A stretch of 64,000 nucleotides of DNA from a virus, in IMG/VR virus record IMGVR_UViG_3300031251_000016, positions 2,458-66,457 of that record. The stretch is one strand, 5' to 3'. Positions within the stretch are counted from its first letter, which is position 1. Every line of letters starts with the position of its first letter. This document shows, piece by piece, positions 46,294 to 55,049 of this stretch. The position numbers and the translations under genes were made by a program. The notes below the pieces were generated by a model. It saw only the letters and a program-made list of their open reading frames with translations. It did no database searches and was not told where the DNA came from.

Positions 46294-46605
46294 TTAGGCC
46301 TTGTTCTCGGCCTTGCCGTAGTTGCCGGCGATCAGCTTCGCGCCAGGCGCGTCGCGAACCGTCGTGAACCAGGCCGAGCCCTGCGTAATCAGGAATTGCA
46401 GGCCTGCAAAAATCCAGCCGGCTTTGACGGCGAAGTCCTGCCAAGCGTCGATAGCCACTTTGCTGGCGTCGAGCGCATGCTTGCCGGCGTCGACCGTTCC
46501 CTTGATCTCGTCGGCGGAAGGCACGTGCTGCGCGAAGGCGTGGCCAAGGGCGAGCGACGCTAGCGCCGCGGCAAGGCCGATAACTAGAGCTAGACGGTAT
46601 TTCAT
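46294..46605 (-). CDS. Membrane/secreted hypothetical protein
   Basis: MKYRLALVIGLAAAL leader; second hydrophobic segment; IAGNYGKAEN end. Confidence 0.6.
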   Translation of the reverse strand: MKYRLALVIGLAAALASLALGHAFAQHVPSADEIKGTVDAGKHALDASKVAIDAWQDFAVKAGWIFAGLQFLITQGSAWFTTVRDAPGAKLIAGNYGKAENKA

Positions 46606-46664
46606 GCTCGGGTCTTTCACAAGGAGGGAAGAGGACCGGGGTTTTGAGGCCCCGGTCGTTTTCG

Positions 46665-47711
46665 TCAGTGCAGCTGGCCGCCGCCCACCACGCTATTGAG
46701 GCTCGATTGCAGGTTAGCGATGTCGGACTGAACCTTAGCGTTGCCCTGCGTGTTGAAGGTCGCCAGGTTGCCTTGCAGCGTCGCCGCATCCGTCGTCAGG
46801 TTGCCCGTGAAGGTCGGAAGCGTCGGCGAGCCGAACAGGGCGCTAAAGTGGTAGGTCAGTCCAATCGCGACCTTGTTCTCGGCGAACGTCTTGTGGCCGA
46901 GATACTGAGTCTGCACCGTCGAGAAGATCGCCGGAGTCGCGCCATACTGGAGGCCCGCCGCGGCGACGTTGTGTGAGCCGAAATTCTCATAGAGATACTC
47001 GGCCTTGACGGACCAGCCCGGAAGGCCGGTCATCCACTCGACGCCGCCACCGACCTGGTAGCCAACCCACAGCGGGGCCGTTGAGCCGTAGCCGTAGGCG
47101 ATCGAGGTCGCCGAACCGCCCGTCACCGAGGAGCCGGTCTGCAGCGCCGCGAGGCCACCCTTAGCGTAGACGAGCCAGGTCGGCGTGATGAGGTAGCCGA
47201 CGCGGCCGGTTCCGCCGAAAGCGAATTTCCAGTCGGTCCCGATCTGCGCGATGGTCGGAAGCGCTCCGGGGATCACCAACGGCGCGGTCGGGAAGGTGAC
47301 GCTTTTGCCATTGCCGCCGAGCGGGGTTTCAAAATTGCCCTCGACGCCGACGAGGAAGTTGCCGAACGTCTTGTTGTACCCGGCGTTGCCGCCGAAGACG
47401 CCGCCGCTGTTGTTGAGATAGGCGGTCGCGCCTGCGGCCCACCCGTACGGCGCGTAGACCGGATTTAGAGTCGTCGACGAGAATCCGGTCTGATAGGCGG
47501 AGAGCTGCATGCTCGGGGAGGCGTCCCAGACGTAGCCAGCGCTCACGCCAGCGTAGAACCCATCCCACGGCGCCACGGTCGGGGCGGGAATGGCGGGGGC
47601 GGCCTTGCGGCTAGGCAGATCGGCGGCGCGCGCCTGACCAAGCATGATGGAGGCGGCGCCGAGGCCGAGCGCCGTTGCGGCGAGCAAAAGGGGAAGGCGA
47701 TTCGATCGCAT
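46665..47711 (-). CDS. Outer-membrane beta-barrel, Omp25/RopB family, with C-terminal extension
   Basis: Signal peptide then ADLPSRKAAP, WDGFYAGVSAGY, GRVGY..WLVYAKGGLA, GGGVEW..WSVKAEYLY, GLTYHF. Confidence 0.9.
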   Translation of the reverse strand: MRSNRLPLLLAATALGLGAASIMLGQARAADLPSRKAAPAIPAPTVAPWDGFYAGVSAGYVWDASPSMQLSAYQTGFSSTTLNPVYAPYGWAAGATAYLNNSGGVFGGNAGYNKTFGNFLVGVEGNFETPLGGNGKSVTFPTAPLVIPGALPTIAQIGTDWKFAFGGTGRVGYLITPTWLVYAKGGLAALQTGSSVTGGSATSIAYGYGSTAPLWVGYQVGGGVEWMTGLPGWSVKAEYLYENFGSHNVAAAGLQYGATPAIFSTVQTQYLGHKTFAENKVAIGLTYHFSALFGSPTLPTFTGNLTTDAATLQGNLATFNTQGNAKVQSDIANLQSSLNSVVGGGQLH

Positions 47712-47953
47712 GAGGAAAGCTCCATAGCCGGGGATCGGCTGCGGAGCTTTTTAGCGCATACGCAGTCGCTCGACTGTGACCTAAAAGCCACAGCGGCGGG
47801 GAATCGTAGTTAAGCTAGCTCAGCCTTTCGTTTTGTTTGCCGCCCACGCGAGGGCGAGCACGATAACTATGAGGGCAAAAATTGCCGGGTCCGTCGATAG
47901 GTAGAGCAAGAGCGCCGTGACGAGCGCCGCCCCGAGGACTTCGAGCGCGCGCA

Positions 47954-48151
47954 TCACGGCGCACGCTCCTGTATCTCGGACGGCCGGAGCTTGATGACGC
48001 TACCGCCGAGGGTTTCGGCGTGGACCCATTTGCGCCCGATCTTTACCACGGTCGCGAGGCGCGCGCCGCGCGCACCCCATTCACTTTCGGGGCGGATGTG
48101 AATCCGCGAGCCCACCGAAAAGCCGAGTTTGATCTCTCGGGCGGTTTTCAT
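47954..48151 (-). CDS. Small SH3-like hypothetical protein
   Basis: ATVVKIGRKWVH; coupled to neighbours. Confidence 0.55.
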   Translation of the reverse strand: MKTAREIKLGFSVGSRIHIRPESEWGARGARLATVVKIGRKWVHAETLGGSVIKLRPSEIQERAP

Positions 48152-48324
48152 CTCCCAAGCTCCTTCTTGATCTCCTTTTTTCGCGTGAAGTCCGAGTCGC
48201 TCGCGTCGCCGGCGCCTTTCAAGAAGGCGGCGGCAAGCAGGCAAACGACGGTCGCGGCGATCACGGTAAACACGGCGGGAACCTCCTCGATTTCGACTCG
48301 GTCGGGTTTGAGCGTGACTTTCAT
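48148..48324 (-). CDS. Small single-TM protein
   Basis: VFTVIAATVVCLLAAAF. Confidence 0.5.
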   Translation of the reverse strand: MKVTLKPDRVEIEEVPAVFTVIAATVVCLLAAAFLKGAGDASDSDFTRKKEIKKELGR

Positions 48325-48665
48325 GCGACGTCCCGCCATTTGCCCTTGGGCCGCGTCCAATCGCTGAAGCGCTCGGCGAATTCGACGGCGCTTTCAGAGT
48401 CAAGCAGGTCGTCGCCATTGTCAAAACGCTGCGACAACTGCTCGCCGATCCGCGCGGCGACTTCTTTCGTAACGTCGACGCAGATTCCCTCGACGGGGCA
48501 GACGCGCAAGACCATCTCGGCGTCGTCTATCGCCCCGCTCAGGATCTCGGCTTCAAGCTCGGCGACTTCCATGCCGGGTTCACTCTCGGCCCAGTATCGG
48601 ACGAGGCGCATATCCCGCGCGCGAAACGAGCGCAGCACGATTGCGAAGGGTTCAGTCGGTTTCAT
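48321..48665 (-). CDS. Hypothetical protein
   Basis: AAGGA RBS before MKPTEP. Confidence 0.6.
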   Translation of the reverse strand: MKPTEPFAIVLRSFRARDMRLVRYWAESEPGMEVAELEAEILSGAIDDAEMVLRVCPVEGICVDVTKEVAARIGEQLSQRFDNGDDLLDSESAVEFAERFSDWTRPKGKWRDVA

Positions 48666-48729
48666 GGTTGGGATTCCTTGTTTGGGAGAAAAGGCCGAGG
48701 CGGAGGACCAGCAACGCCCCGGCAAGGCG

Positions 48730-50571
48730 TTACTCCGCCGCTTCGGCGAGCGCGGGCGGCGCGTCTATGACGACGAGCGCCACGTTGACGTTTGTTCCCG
48801 ACTCCTTGAACGATCCGGCCGGCAAAGCGCGCCACGTTGCGGAGGCGACGCGGGGCGATTCTTGCCAGCGCTCGAAAGCCGCGCCTTGCCTCGGCCCGTT
48901 TGCGCACAAGGCGACGAGCCGGCCGCCCGGTTTCAGGAAGCGCAACGCGTGCTCAACGTGCTTGACGTCGACGCCGTTCTCGAAGGGCGGATTCATCAAG
49001 ATGCGGTCAAACTGACCGATTGTTACCGGCTCCGGGTCGAAAGGCGTGCTTGTGGCGACGACGGCAGCCGGCCCGTCGATCTCTAAAAAATCCGCATTTT
49101 TCAAGAAGGCTCCGAAGGAGGCTTTCAAGTTATGCCGAGTCGCCTCGCAAAGCTGCGGGTTGACCTCGATTCCGACTCTGAGCGCATCGGCTCCGATCGC
49201 CTCAAGCAGTCGCCCCGTTCCGAAACTCGGCTCTAAGACGCGGGCGCCCGGCCGCACGTCCGCCAGCGCAACCATCTGCTCGGCGATCTCGACGGGAGTC
49301 GGGAACAGTTGCGGCGCCGAGACAACTTTGACGCCTTCCTTCGCGGCCTTCTCAAGCGCGCGGAAAGCTTCGGCCTTGTCGTCGACCGGCGCGGGTTCAG
49401 TCTTGGCGACGGGCGGCGCAGCGTCTGACAGGAAAAAGCCCGTCCCGTCGCTCGCTTCATGCAAGCGACCTGCTTCCCGCGCCTCGGCGACTTGCGCCGC
49501 GCTCATAACCCCAGTGATTTTATCGAGCTCGATATTGCGCGGAAAGTTTTTGCCGCCGTTCCCCCAGTTGTCGAGAACAGTTATGGTGACTCGGTTAACC
49601 TTATGCACGTAGGACCAGCCGCCGCGGTGACTCGCCCAGCATTTGACGGCGCCGCCCTTTTCCGGTTTCGTCTGGTCCGTTGCGATCCCGCCAGCCTCGG
49701 CGAGCATGGCGCGCTCATAAGCGAGGCGGTTTTGGTAATGCTCAATCCACCGTTCGGCGCGCGCGATGACGCGCGGGTAAAGCTGGCGGCCTTGTTCGAT
49801 GACCTCTTCCAGCGTGCGGGGGGCGAAGAGAGTCGACGGCTCGCCTTTTTCGAGGCGGTCTAGGGCGCCCCATGCGGTCTCGCGAAGAAAGTCGCCCGGC
49901 GCGTCGCCTTCTTTTTTCGCGACATTGAATGAATTGTGATTCGCGAAGTATTTGGCTTGCCCGATCGTGATTCCCTCAAGCGACCAGAAACGCAGGCGCG
50001 CTTGAGCCTCAAGCTTGTTGGTCGTCGCCTTGCGAAGATCCGACTCGATTCCCTTGATACGGCGGGCGCGGACGGCGGGAAGCTCCTTGTATTTCGCATG
50101 GCGCAAGGCGCCATCGGCGCGCGCCGTCCAGTAGGTTGACGTCCTCCAAAGCTTCACGGCCTGACGCATTCCGTTTTCGATGCGCTCGGCGTCTTTGCGC
50201 GCTCGGCGCTCGGAATGATGGCCGACAAGGATAGGCTGTCCGAGCGGGATTCCGTCCGCAATCGCCGCGACGGCTTTACGAGCGCGCTCGGCTTCGGCGC
50301 CGCGCTTGTCGCTGTAGTCCTCGAAACGCTCGGCGCGCTCCTCCGCCCGGTCGACTAGGCTCTTGTCTTCGTCTTCGATCTCGCCGGCGAGCTCGATTAG
50401 GAAGTCTTCGCGCGCTGGCGTCCACATTGGCGCGAAAAATAAATCCTGCTTCGGCGCCCATTTGAAGCCGAGCGCCTTGGCTTTGGCGTAGGTCTCGGCG
50501 TCGAGCCGTTGCGAGGCGTAGAGGCGAAGCTTGTTATCGTCGGGCGAGTAGGTAGCAGTAAACGTGGTCAT
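48730..50571 (-). CDS. DUF3560 domain plus amino-methyltransferase fusion
   Basis: TATYSPDDNKLRLY, IPLGQPILVGHHSE; VLEPSFGTG (motif I) and MNPPF (motif IV). Confidence 0.85.
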   Translation of the reverse strand: MTTFTATYSPDDNKLRLYASQRLDAETYAKAKALGFKWAPKQDLFFAPMWTPAREDFLIELAGEIEDEDKSLVDRAEERAERFEDYSDKRGAEAERARKAVAAIADGIPLGQPILVGHHSERRARKDAERIENGMRQAVKLWRTSTYWTARADGALRHAKYKELPAVRARRIKGIESDLRKATTNKLEAQARLRFWSLEGITIGQAKYFANHNSFNVAKKEGDAPGDFLRETAWGALDRLEKGEPSTLFAPRTLEEVIEQGRQLYPRVIARAERWIEHYQNRLAYERAMLAEAGGIATDQTKPEKGGAVKCWASHRGGWSYVHKVNRVTITVLDNWGNGGKNFPRNIELDKITGVMSAAQVAEAREAGRLHEASDGTGFFLSDAAPPVAKTEPAPVDDKAEAFRALEKAAKEGVKVVSAPQLFPTPVEIAEQMVALADVRPGARVLEPSFGTGRLLEAIGADALRVGIEVNPQLCEATRHNLKASFGAFLKNADFLEIDGPAAVVATSTPFDPEPVTIGQFDRILMNPPFENGVDVKHVEHALRFLKPGGRLVALCANGPRQGAAFERWQESPRVASATWRALPAGSFKESGTNVNVALVVIDAPPALAEAAE

Positions 50572-50876
50572 GACGTGACTCCTTGTTTCGTCGATGCGAT
50601 TGCATCGGCAGTTGGTGAAAGGTTGCGGGCTTGGTTTGGCTTGGGCGCTAAGCGTCCCAACGGCGAAACGTGACGCGGTGCGCGAAGTCGCGCCCGCGAT
50701 CGTAGGCAAGCAAAAGATCCCGGTCCGCGTAGTGGCGAGTCACGTCGCTGCGAAATTCCAAAAAGCCGCATGCGAACGCAACGGTAACTTGCGCCATTCT
50801 CTTGACGGTCATGACGTGACTCCTTGTTTCCCGGCGCGACGGCGCCGGCGATTGCTGAAGGGCTGCGGGTTTGGTG
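50566..50876 (-). repeat. Duplicated approx. 70-bp leader elements (24-bp exact core plus hairpin)
   Basis: GGTCATGACGTGACTCCTTGTTTC at 50566-50589 and 50807-50830, each followed by a different hairpin and a similar flank. Confidence 0.85.
50648..50812 (-). CDS. Small hypothetical protein (54 aa)
   Basis: AAGGAG RBS; MTVKRMAQV...RRWDA*; not in ORF track. Confidence 0.6.
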   Translation of the reverse strand: MTVKRMAQVTVAFACGFLEFRSDVTRHYADRDLLLAYDRGRDFAHRVTFRRWDA

Positions 50877-50881
50877 AAGAG

Positions 50882-51100
50882 TTAGCAGTGCGGGTACGTG
50901 AAGCGCATTTGTTGCGTGTCGCGGTCGACCGCTAAGCAGCCGCGCCTTTCGAGTCCTGCGACCGCGCGCAAGGTTGCGCGGTCGCGCCCGAACGCGTGCC
51001 AGCCTCGATACTTTTCGACGAATTCTAAGAGCCGGACTTGGTGCGCGCCGACTGCGACAATCGGCCCTGCGGCGCCGTGGTAGATTGTGAATTTAGCCAT
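50882..51100 (-). CDS. Hypothetical early-region protein
   Basis: AAGGAG RBS. Confidence 0.65.
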   Translation of the reverse strand: MAKFTIYHGAAGPIVAVGAHQVRLLEFVEKYRGWHAFGRDRATLRAVAGLERRGCLAVDRDTQQMRFTYPHC

Positions 51101-51103
51101 GAC

Positions 51104-51346
51104 CTAGACTCCTTCGTGAATTGGCGCCGACACGTCGGCGTAGAGTGTCCAAAGCTCGGCGAGGATTGCGGACGTCGGCGCGTTCGGCCGCGTCAATTCC
51201 ATCGCTTCAAGCTCAGTCTCGAATTGCGTCGCGTCGTCGCCTTGGAAAAAGACGTCACGGCGCGCCGCATGGTTGGTTAGGAGATAACAGGCGCCGGCGC
51301 CCGCGCTCCGCACGCTGTAGGGCGCGGCTTGTCGAATGAGAATCAT
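51104..51346 (-). CDS. Hypothetical early-region protein
   Basis: Tightly packed ORF; FFQGDDA motif. Confidence 0.6.
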   Translation of the reverse strand: MILIRQAAPYSVRSAGAGACYLLTNHAARRDVFFQGDDATQFETELEAMELTRPNAPTSAILAELWTLYADVSAPIHEGV

Positions 51347-51348
51347 GG

Positions 51349-51789
51349 CTAGAGCCTTTCGTTTCCGATGACTCGAAAGGTTGACCCTTCAGGAAAGTAG
51401 ACAGGCGCGCCGCCGTCGCTTCGGCGCGACTCAATCGCCAAGTGACAGGGGCGCCAGCCTGTCGACTTGCCAAGCCAAAACCGCTCTTTTTCGCCGCTCG
51501 GCGTAGTCACTTCAATGCGGCGGCCTTCGAGACCGATTAGCGGCTTAACGAGCTCGGACGGGTCGCGGGCGCCAGTCGCGCGCGAATGCGCGGCGCCAAG
51601 ATCCATTGCGAGGCTATAGGCCGCATAAGCTTCGATTGTGCCTATTTCGACAGACTCGCACGGTCGTTTGAGCCACGCGAGAACTTCGCGGCGCCAGCGC
51701 TCCGCAACGTCGAATCCAAGGCAGGTATAGCCTTCGCCGCACGGTATGACGTAAAGCCGCTGCTCGGCGTTTACGGTGACTTGTGACAT
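51349..51789 (-). CDS. Hypothetical early-region protein
   Basis: GAGGAG RBS; LIGLEGRRIEV, FWLGKSTGWRPCHL, SDGG. Confidence 0.7.
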   Translation of the reverse strand: MSQVTVNAEQRLYVIPCGEGYTCLGFDVAERWRREVLAWLKRPCESVEIGTIEAYAAYSLAMDLGAAHSRATGARDPSELVKPLIGLEGRRIEVTTPSGEKERFWLGKSTGWRPCHLAIESRRSDGGAPVYFPEGSTFRVIGNERL

Positions 51790-51801
51790 TGGCTTGACTC
51801 C

Positions 51802-51981
51802 TCAAAACGTGCGATTGGAATAGGGGCGGGGACCGTAGAATCCTCCGCCGTGACGCGTAGCGACTAGCTGCGCCAGGTGGCGCATAGTCGGGAATCGGAC
51901 GCCTTTCGGGCGCGCCGCGTATCCCGCATCGGTCGACTCCGTCACCTCGCGAATCTTCGATTTGAACTTGATGGTGGCCAT
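51802..51981 (-). CDS. Small hypothetical protein (59 aa)
   Basis: GGAGG RBS; MATIKFKSKIRE... Confidence 0.5.
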   Translation of the reverse strand: MATIKFKSKIREVTESTDAGYAARPKGVRFPTMRHLAQLVATRHGGGFYGPRPYSNRTF

Positions 51982-51984
51982 TGC

Positions 51985-52221
51985 TCAAGCCTCCGGTAAC
52001 GCGCGCAACGCGGCGTAAGTCATCTTGCGCGCGCTCAAGCCGAGGCGCGCGCAAGTTTCGCGGAAAGCTTCACCGTCGCGACTCCAGCTGTGGGCGCGGC
52101 CGTGGATCGTATCCGCGACTCCCGCCATGAACCGCTCAAGGCGAGCGGCGTCTTGCGCCCACGGGTATTTCTCAAGCAAGACGGCGCGAAAGGCTGCGAT
52201 AAACTGAGCTTTGGTAGGCAT
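51985..52221 (-). CDS. Hypothetical early-region protein
   Basis: GAGGAG RBS before MPTKAQF. Confidence 0.65.
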   Translation of the reverse strand: MPTKAQFIAAFRAVLLEKYPWAQDAARLERFMAGVADTIHGRAHSWSRDGEAFRETCARLGLSARKMTYAALRALPEA

Positions 52222-52237
52222 GGTCGACTCCTCTTGA

Positions 52238-52456
52238 TTAGCGCGCGAGGCGCGTTCCGTCACGAAAGGGAAGCTCGCCAGAAAGCTTTTGCAGCGCGCA
52301 GATACGCTCGTAACGCTCCGGCGAATTGAGGCGCATGGTGGGCCAGTCAAAACCAAAGGCGCCGCCTCCGGCGAAGTCGCGGCGATAGGCGCGGATCAGC
52401 GCGTCTATTTGGCGCGCGCATCCTTCTTTCGATTTAGGCCAAGGCTTGATTGTCAT
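52238..52456 (-). CDS. Hypothetical early-region protein
   Basis: GGAG RBS before MTIKPW. Confidence 0.6.
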   Translation of the reverse strand: MTIKPWPKSKEGCARQIDALIRAYRRDFAGGGAFGFDWPTMRLNSPERYERICALQKLSGELPFRDGTRLAR

Positions 52457-52481
52457 GGTAGTGACTCCAGGGTTTCGAGGC

Positions 52482-52706
52482 TTAGGCGCCCCAGTAGAAA
52501 TTGGCGCCTTGCGCCTGCAGGCGAGACCAGTCGCGCGGCGTTGGATAGCGGCGCCAATTGTCTTTGATGTAGTCAGGTAAGCGGTCCCAAGGCGTTCGGG
52601 GAATGTTGTAGGGGCGCGAGTCGAAATAGACCGGCATAGCGCGGCAATCGTTTTCATAGGCGCGCCGCGCGTCGTCGAAAGCGTGGCTTTGTTTGGCGAG
52701 ATTCAT
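52482..52706 (-). CDS. Hypothetical early-region protein
   Basis: GGAG RBS before MNLAKQ. Confidence 0.6.
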   Translation of the reverse strand: MNLAKQSHAFDDARRAYENDCRAMPVYFDSRPYNIPRTPWDRLPDYIKDNWRRYPTPRDWSRLQAQGANFYWGA

Positions 52707-52722
52707 AGGGGTGACTCCAAGG

Positions 52723-53169
52723 TTAGCGCGTAAGATCGAAATAAATCGTGCCGTCATTGGCGCGAAATATGTTGCCGCTGCAGTTTCCAGTCTCCGCGCG
52801 GGCTTGGTACTCTTGCCAGTCGGACTCGTCCGGATCATTGTCGAGTCCAGCCTCGCGCATATCGCCCGCGATTAGCTGAATAAAGAGCGCGTTACATTCG
52901 ACGTCCGACCATGCGGCAATCTCTTCGTCGCTCCATGCGCCGAAGTCTTTGACGTAAGCTCGCAAGGCTTCAATCTGTTCTGGCGTGGTCAACAAAGGCG
53001 AGCTCGCGCCTTCATCTTTAGCGTTTCGCCAAGTCTCGGCGCCCGCGTTTTTGCCGCGCTCCGCAAGGTAGCGTTCATGCGTCCAATGGAACGCGCGAGC
53101 GCTGGAATGAAGCGACAGAATCCGCGAGACTAGCTCGCCTTGGATTCTAAGGGCGCGACCTATGTTCAT
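52723..53169 (-). CDS. Hypothetical early-region protein
   Basis: 148-aa ORF; FGAWSDEEI, NALFIQLIAGD. Confidence 0.65.
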   Translation of the reverse strand: MNIGRALRIQGELVSRILSLHSSARAFHWTHERYLAERGKNAGAETWRNAKDEGASSPLLTTPEQIEALRAYVKDFGAWSDEEIAAWSDVECNALFIQLIAGDMREAGLDNDPDESDWQEYQARAETGNCSGNIFRANDGTIYFDLTR

Positions 53170-53255
53170 GACTCAAGCTCCGGCATAAGTGAGAAGGGAG
53201 ACTCCAGCGCCGACAAGGGCGCCGGAATGAGAGAAGAAGAGGAGGCGCGCGAAGA

Positions 53256-53846
53256 TCATTTCGCTTTGCGGAGCTTGCGGTAAAACCGCCACGCTGCAGC
53301 GTCCAAGGCGCCGCGCAAGCTGTCATACGAGAGCCCACGGTCGCGATAGTACTCGGCGTCCACTTCGTCGACCGGCTGCAGTTCGGCAGTTATCCACGCG
53401 GCGCCGAAAGCTTGCTCGCCTTCTGGCCCTTCATAGACGGTCGCGTGCAAGCCGTAGTCGGCCTCTCCGACAACCTCAGTGTGAGCCATGACGAATCGCC
53501 GAACGCGTTTGCCGGCTACGTATTCGTTTGCGAGCAAGGCGCGAATTGCGTCGTAAGGACAATCTGAATCCTTGAGTGTGACCAGAAAACGGGGGAAATT
53601 TCCTTCGTTTCCGTCGCCACTGCGAAAAAGGTAGGTTTTAGCCTTGGACGCCGAGTCTTCGCTTTCAGTCTCTTGCGCCATAGCGTCGTATCCCGCGTTG
53701 AATTCGGCAATCGCCGAGTCGCGAGAGGAACGCATGCCATAGTGGCAACCATAGCAGCGCTCGAACCCCGCCTTGCGAGCGGCGGCGCCTGCTTGGCGAT
53801 ACTCGCCTTTAGCCTTTAGAGCCTCAATTTCTTGCGCAGTGGACAT
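53256..53846 (-). CDS. Hypothetical early-region protein
   Basis: GAGGAG RBS; 196 aa. Confidence 0.65.
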   Translation of the reverse strand: MSTAQEIEALKAKGEYRQAGAAARKAGFERCYGCHYGMRSSRDSAIAEFNAGYDAMAQETESEDSASKAKTYLFRSGDGNEGNFPRFLVTLKDSDCPYDAIRALLANEYVAGKRVRRFVMAHTEVVGEADYGLHATVYEGPEGEQAFGAAWITAELQPVDEVDAEYYRDRGLSYDSLRGALDAAAWRFYRKLRKAK

Positions 53847-53858
53847 TGTCTCGACTCC

Positions 53859-54086
53859 TCAGTTCGGGCGAAGGGCGCGGCGCCCATGCGCCGCGAGATA
53901 GCCAAGGGCGGATTTTTTGGCGCCCGTTGACCAGTAGAAAGTGACTACGTTCCCGCCATTGTTGCAGCGGGCGAAGCGTCCTTTGATTCCCTCGAATTCG
54001 ACCCATTGACCAGGGCGAAGGAGTCCCGCTTGAGCGGCGCGCATGTAGGCGCCGGAGTCGGGGAAGCTGATGCGGGGAAGGAACAT
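53859..54086 (-). CDS. Hypothetical early-region protein
   Basis: AAGGAG RBS; LRPGQWV. Confidence 0.65.
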   Translation of the reverse strand: MFLPRISFPDSGAYMRAAQAGLLRPGQWVEFEGIKGRFARCNNGGNVVTFYWSTGAKKSALGYLAAHGRRALRPN

Positions 54087-54271
54087 GCGAGACTCCTTGT
54101 TTGCCAGGTAGCGCCATTTGCTCGACGCCGTTTCGATAGTCGCTACAGTGAAGTCAGAATGTGGCGAAAAAAGGGCGAAAATGTGGCGAAAATAAGGAAA
54201 TGACTACCAGCGGCGCCCGTGCTCGCCGTGGCGCCGCCGTGGCGGTGACGGTGCAGAAGGTATTGATTTAA

Positions 54272-54964
54272 TTAGGTTTTGACGTGCCAGGGCACGAGGC
54301 CGTTTTCGGCTAAAAAGACGTTGTAGTCCTTGGCGGACTTCCTCAAATTGCAGTTGCGACAGAGGTATTGAATATTGCTCGGCCAGTTCGTTCCGCCTTG
54401 AGACAGCGGCTTGATGTGATCGATGTGACCGCGTCCGCGTAGCGACGCGCCACACGCGGCACAGCAGCCGAGCTGTGCCAGGCGAATAGCCTTCAAGTCT
54501 TGGGGAGTATGAAAACCCTCCGCGCCGAGCCAACGAGCGCGCCGGCGCGCAGTGTTGGCGCGCATCTTCTCGGGATTATCCCGCCAGTACTGGCGAAGCC
54601 GTTCTCGCTCTTTTTCTAGGTTGGCTCGGCGGTGGTCAGCGCTGTGCTTGCGCTCCCGCTCTTTCACTTTCTCAAGGTTGCTCGCGCGGCAGCGCTGTCG
54701 GTTTGCTTTCACTTTCTCGGGGTTAGCCCGCGCCCAATCTCTGGCAATTTCGGCCATTTGCGCGGGATTCGCGTCGCGCCATTTTTGTACGCGCAGCTTG
54801 GCGCACTCCGCGCAACAGTTTCCCTTAGCGATCCGCGCGGCGACGTGGCCCTTCTTGCAGGGCTCGCCCGTGAAATACCGATTGAGCCCGCGCTCGAGCG
54901 CTTCATCGCGCGTTTGCGGGAGCGCCAAAACGTCGAACAGGGCGTCAAGATTGACCGGCTTCAT
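54272..54964 (-). CDS. Free-standing HNH endonuclease
   Basis: RYFTGEPCKKGH..CAEC; CAAC..HIDHIKPLSQGGTNWPSNIQYLCRNCNLRK. Confidence 0.9.
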   Translation of the reverse strand: MKPVNLDALFDVLALPQTRDEALERGLNRYFTGEPCKKGHVAARIAKGNCCAECAKLRVQKWRDANPAQMAEIARDWARANPEKVKANRQRCRASNLEKVKERERKHSADHRRANLEKERERLRQYWRDNPEKMRANTARRRARWLGAEGFHTPQDLKAIRLAQLGCCAACGASLRGRGHIDHIKPLSQGGTNWPSNIQYLCRNCNLRKSAKDYNVFLAENGLVPWHVKT

Positions 54965-54993
54965 GACCCGAAAAGTAGCACAAATTTTCTGGC

Positions 54994-55022
54994 TTGACTA
55001 CAGTAGTCAATGCGCGTATTCC
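54994..55022 (+). promoter_or_regulatory. Promoter with perfect palindrome between divergent genes
   Basis: TTGACTAC-A-GTAGTCAA (54994-55010); TTGACT-17 nt-TATTCC. Confidence 0.65.
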
Positions 55023-55049
55023 GGATACCGTCAAGCCGACGGAGCCGTC

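Noticed and set aside
50583-50615. Hammerhead ribozyme (stem followed by GAAAC on the minus strand)
   Set aside because: The CUGANGA core is absent (CUGCCGA in one copy, missing in the other) and stems I/III are not evident
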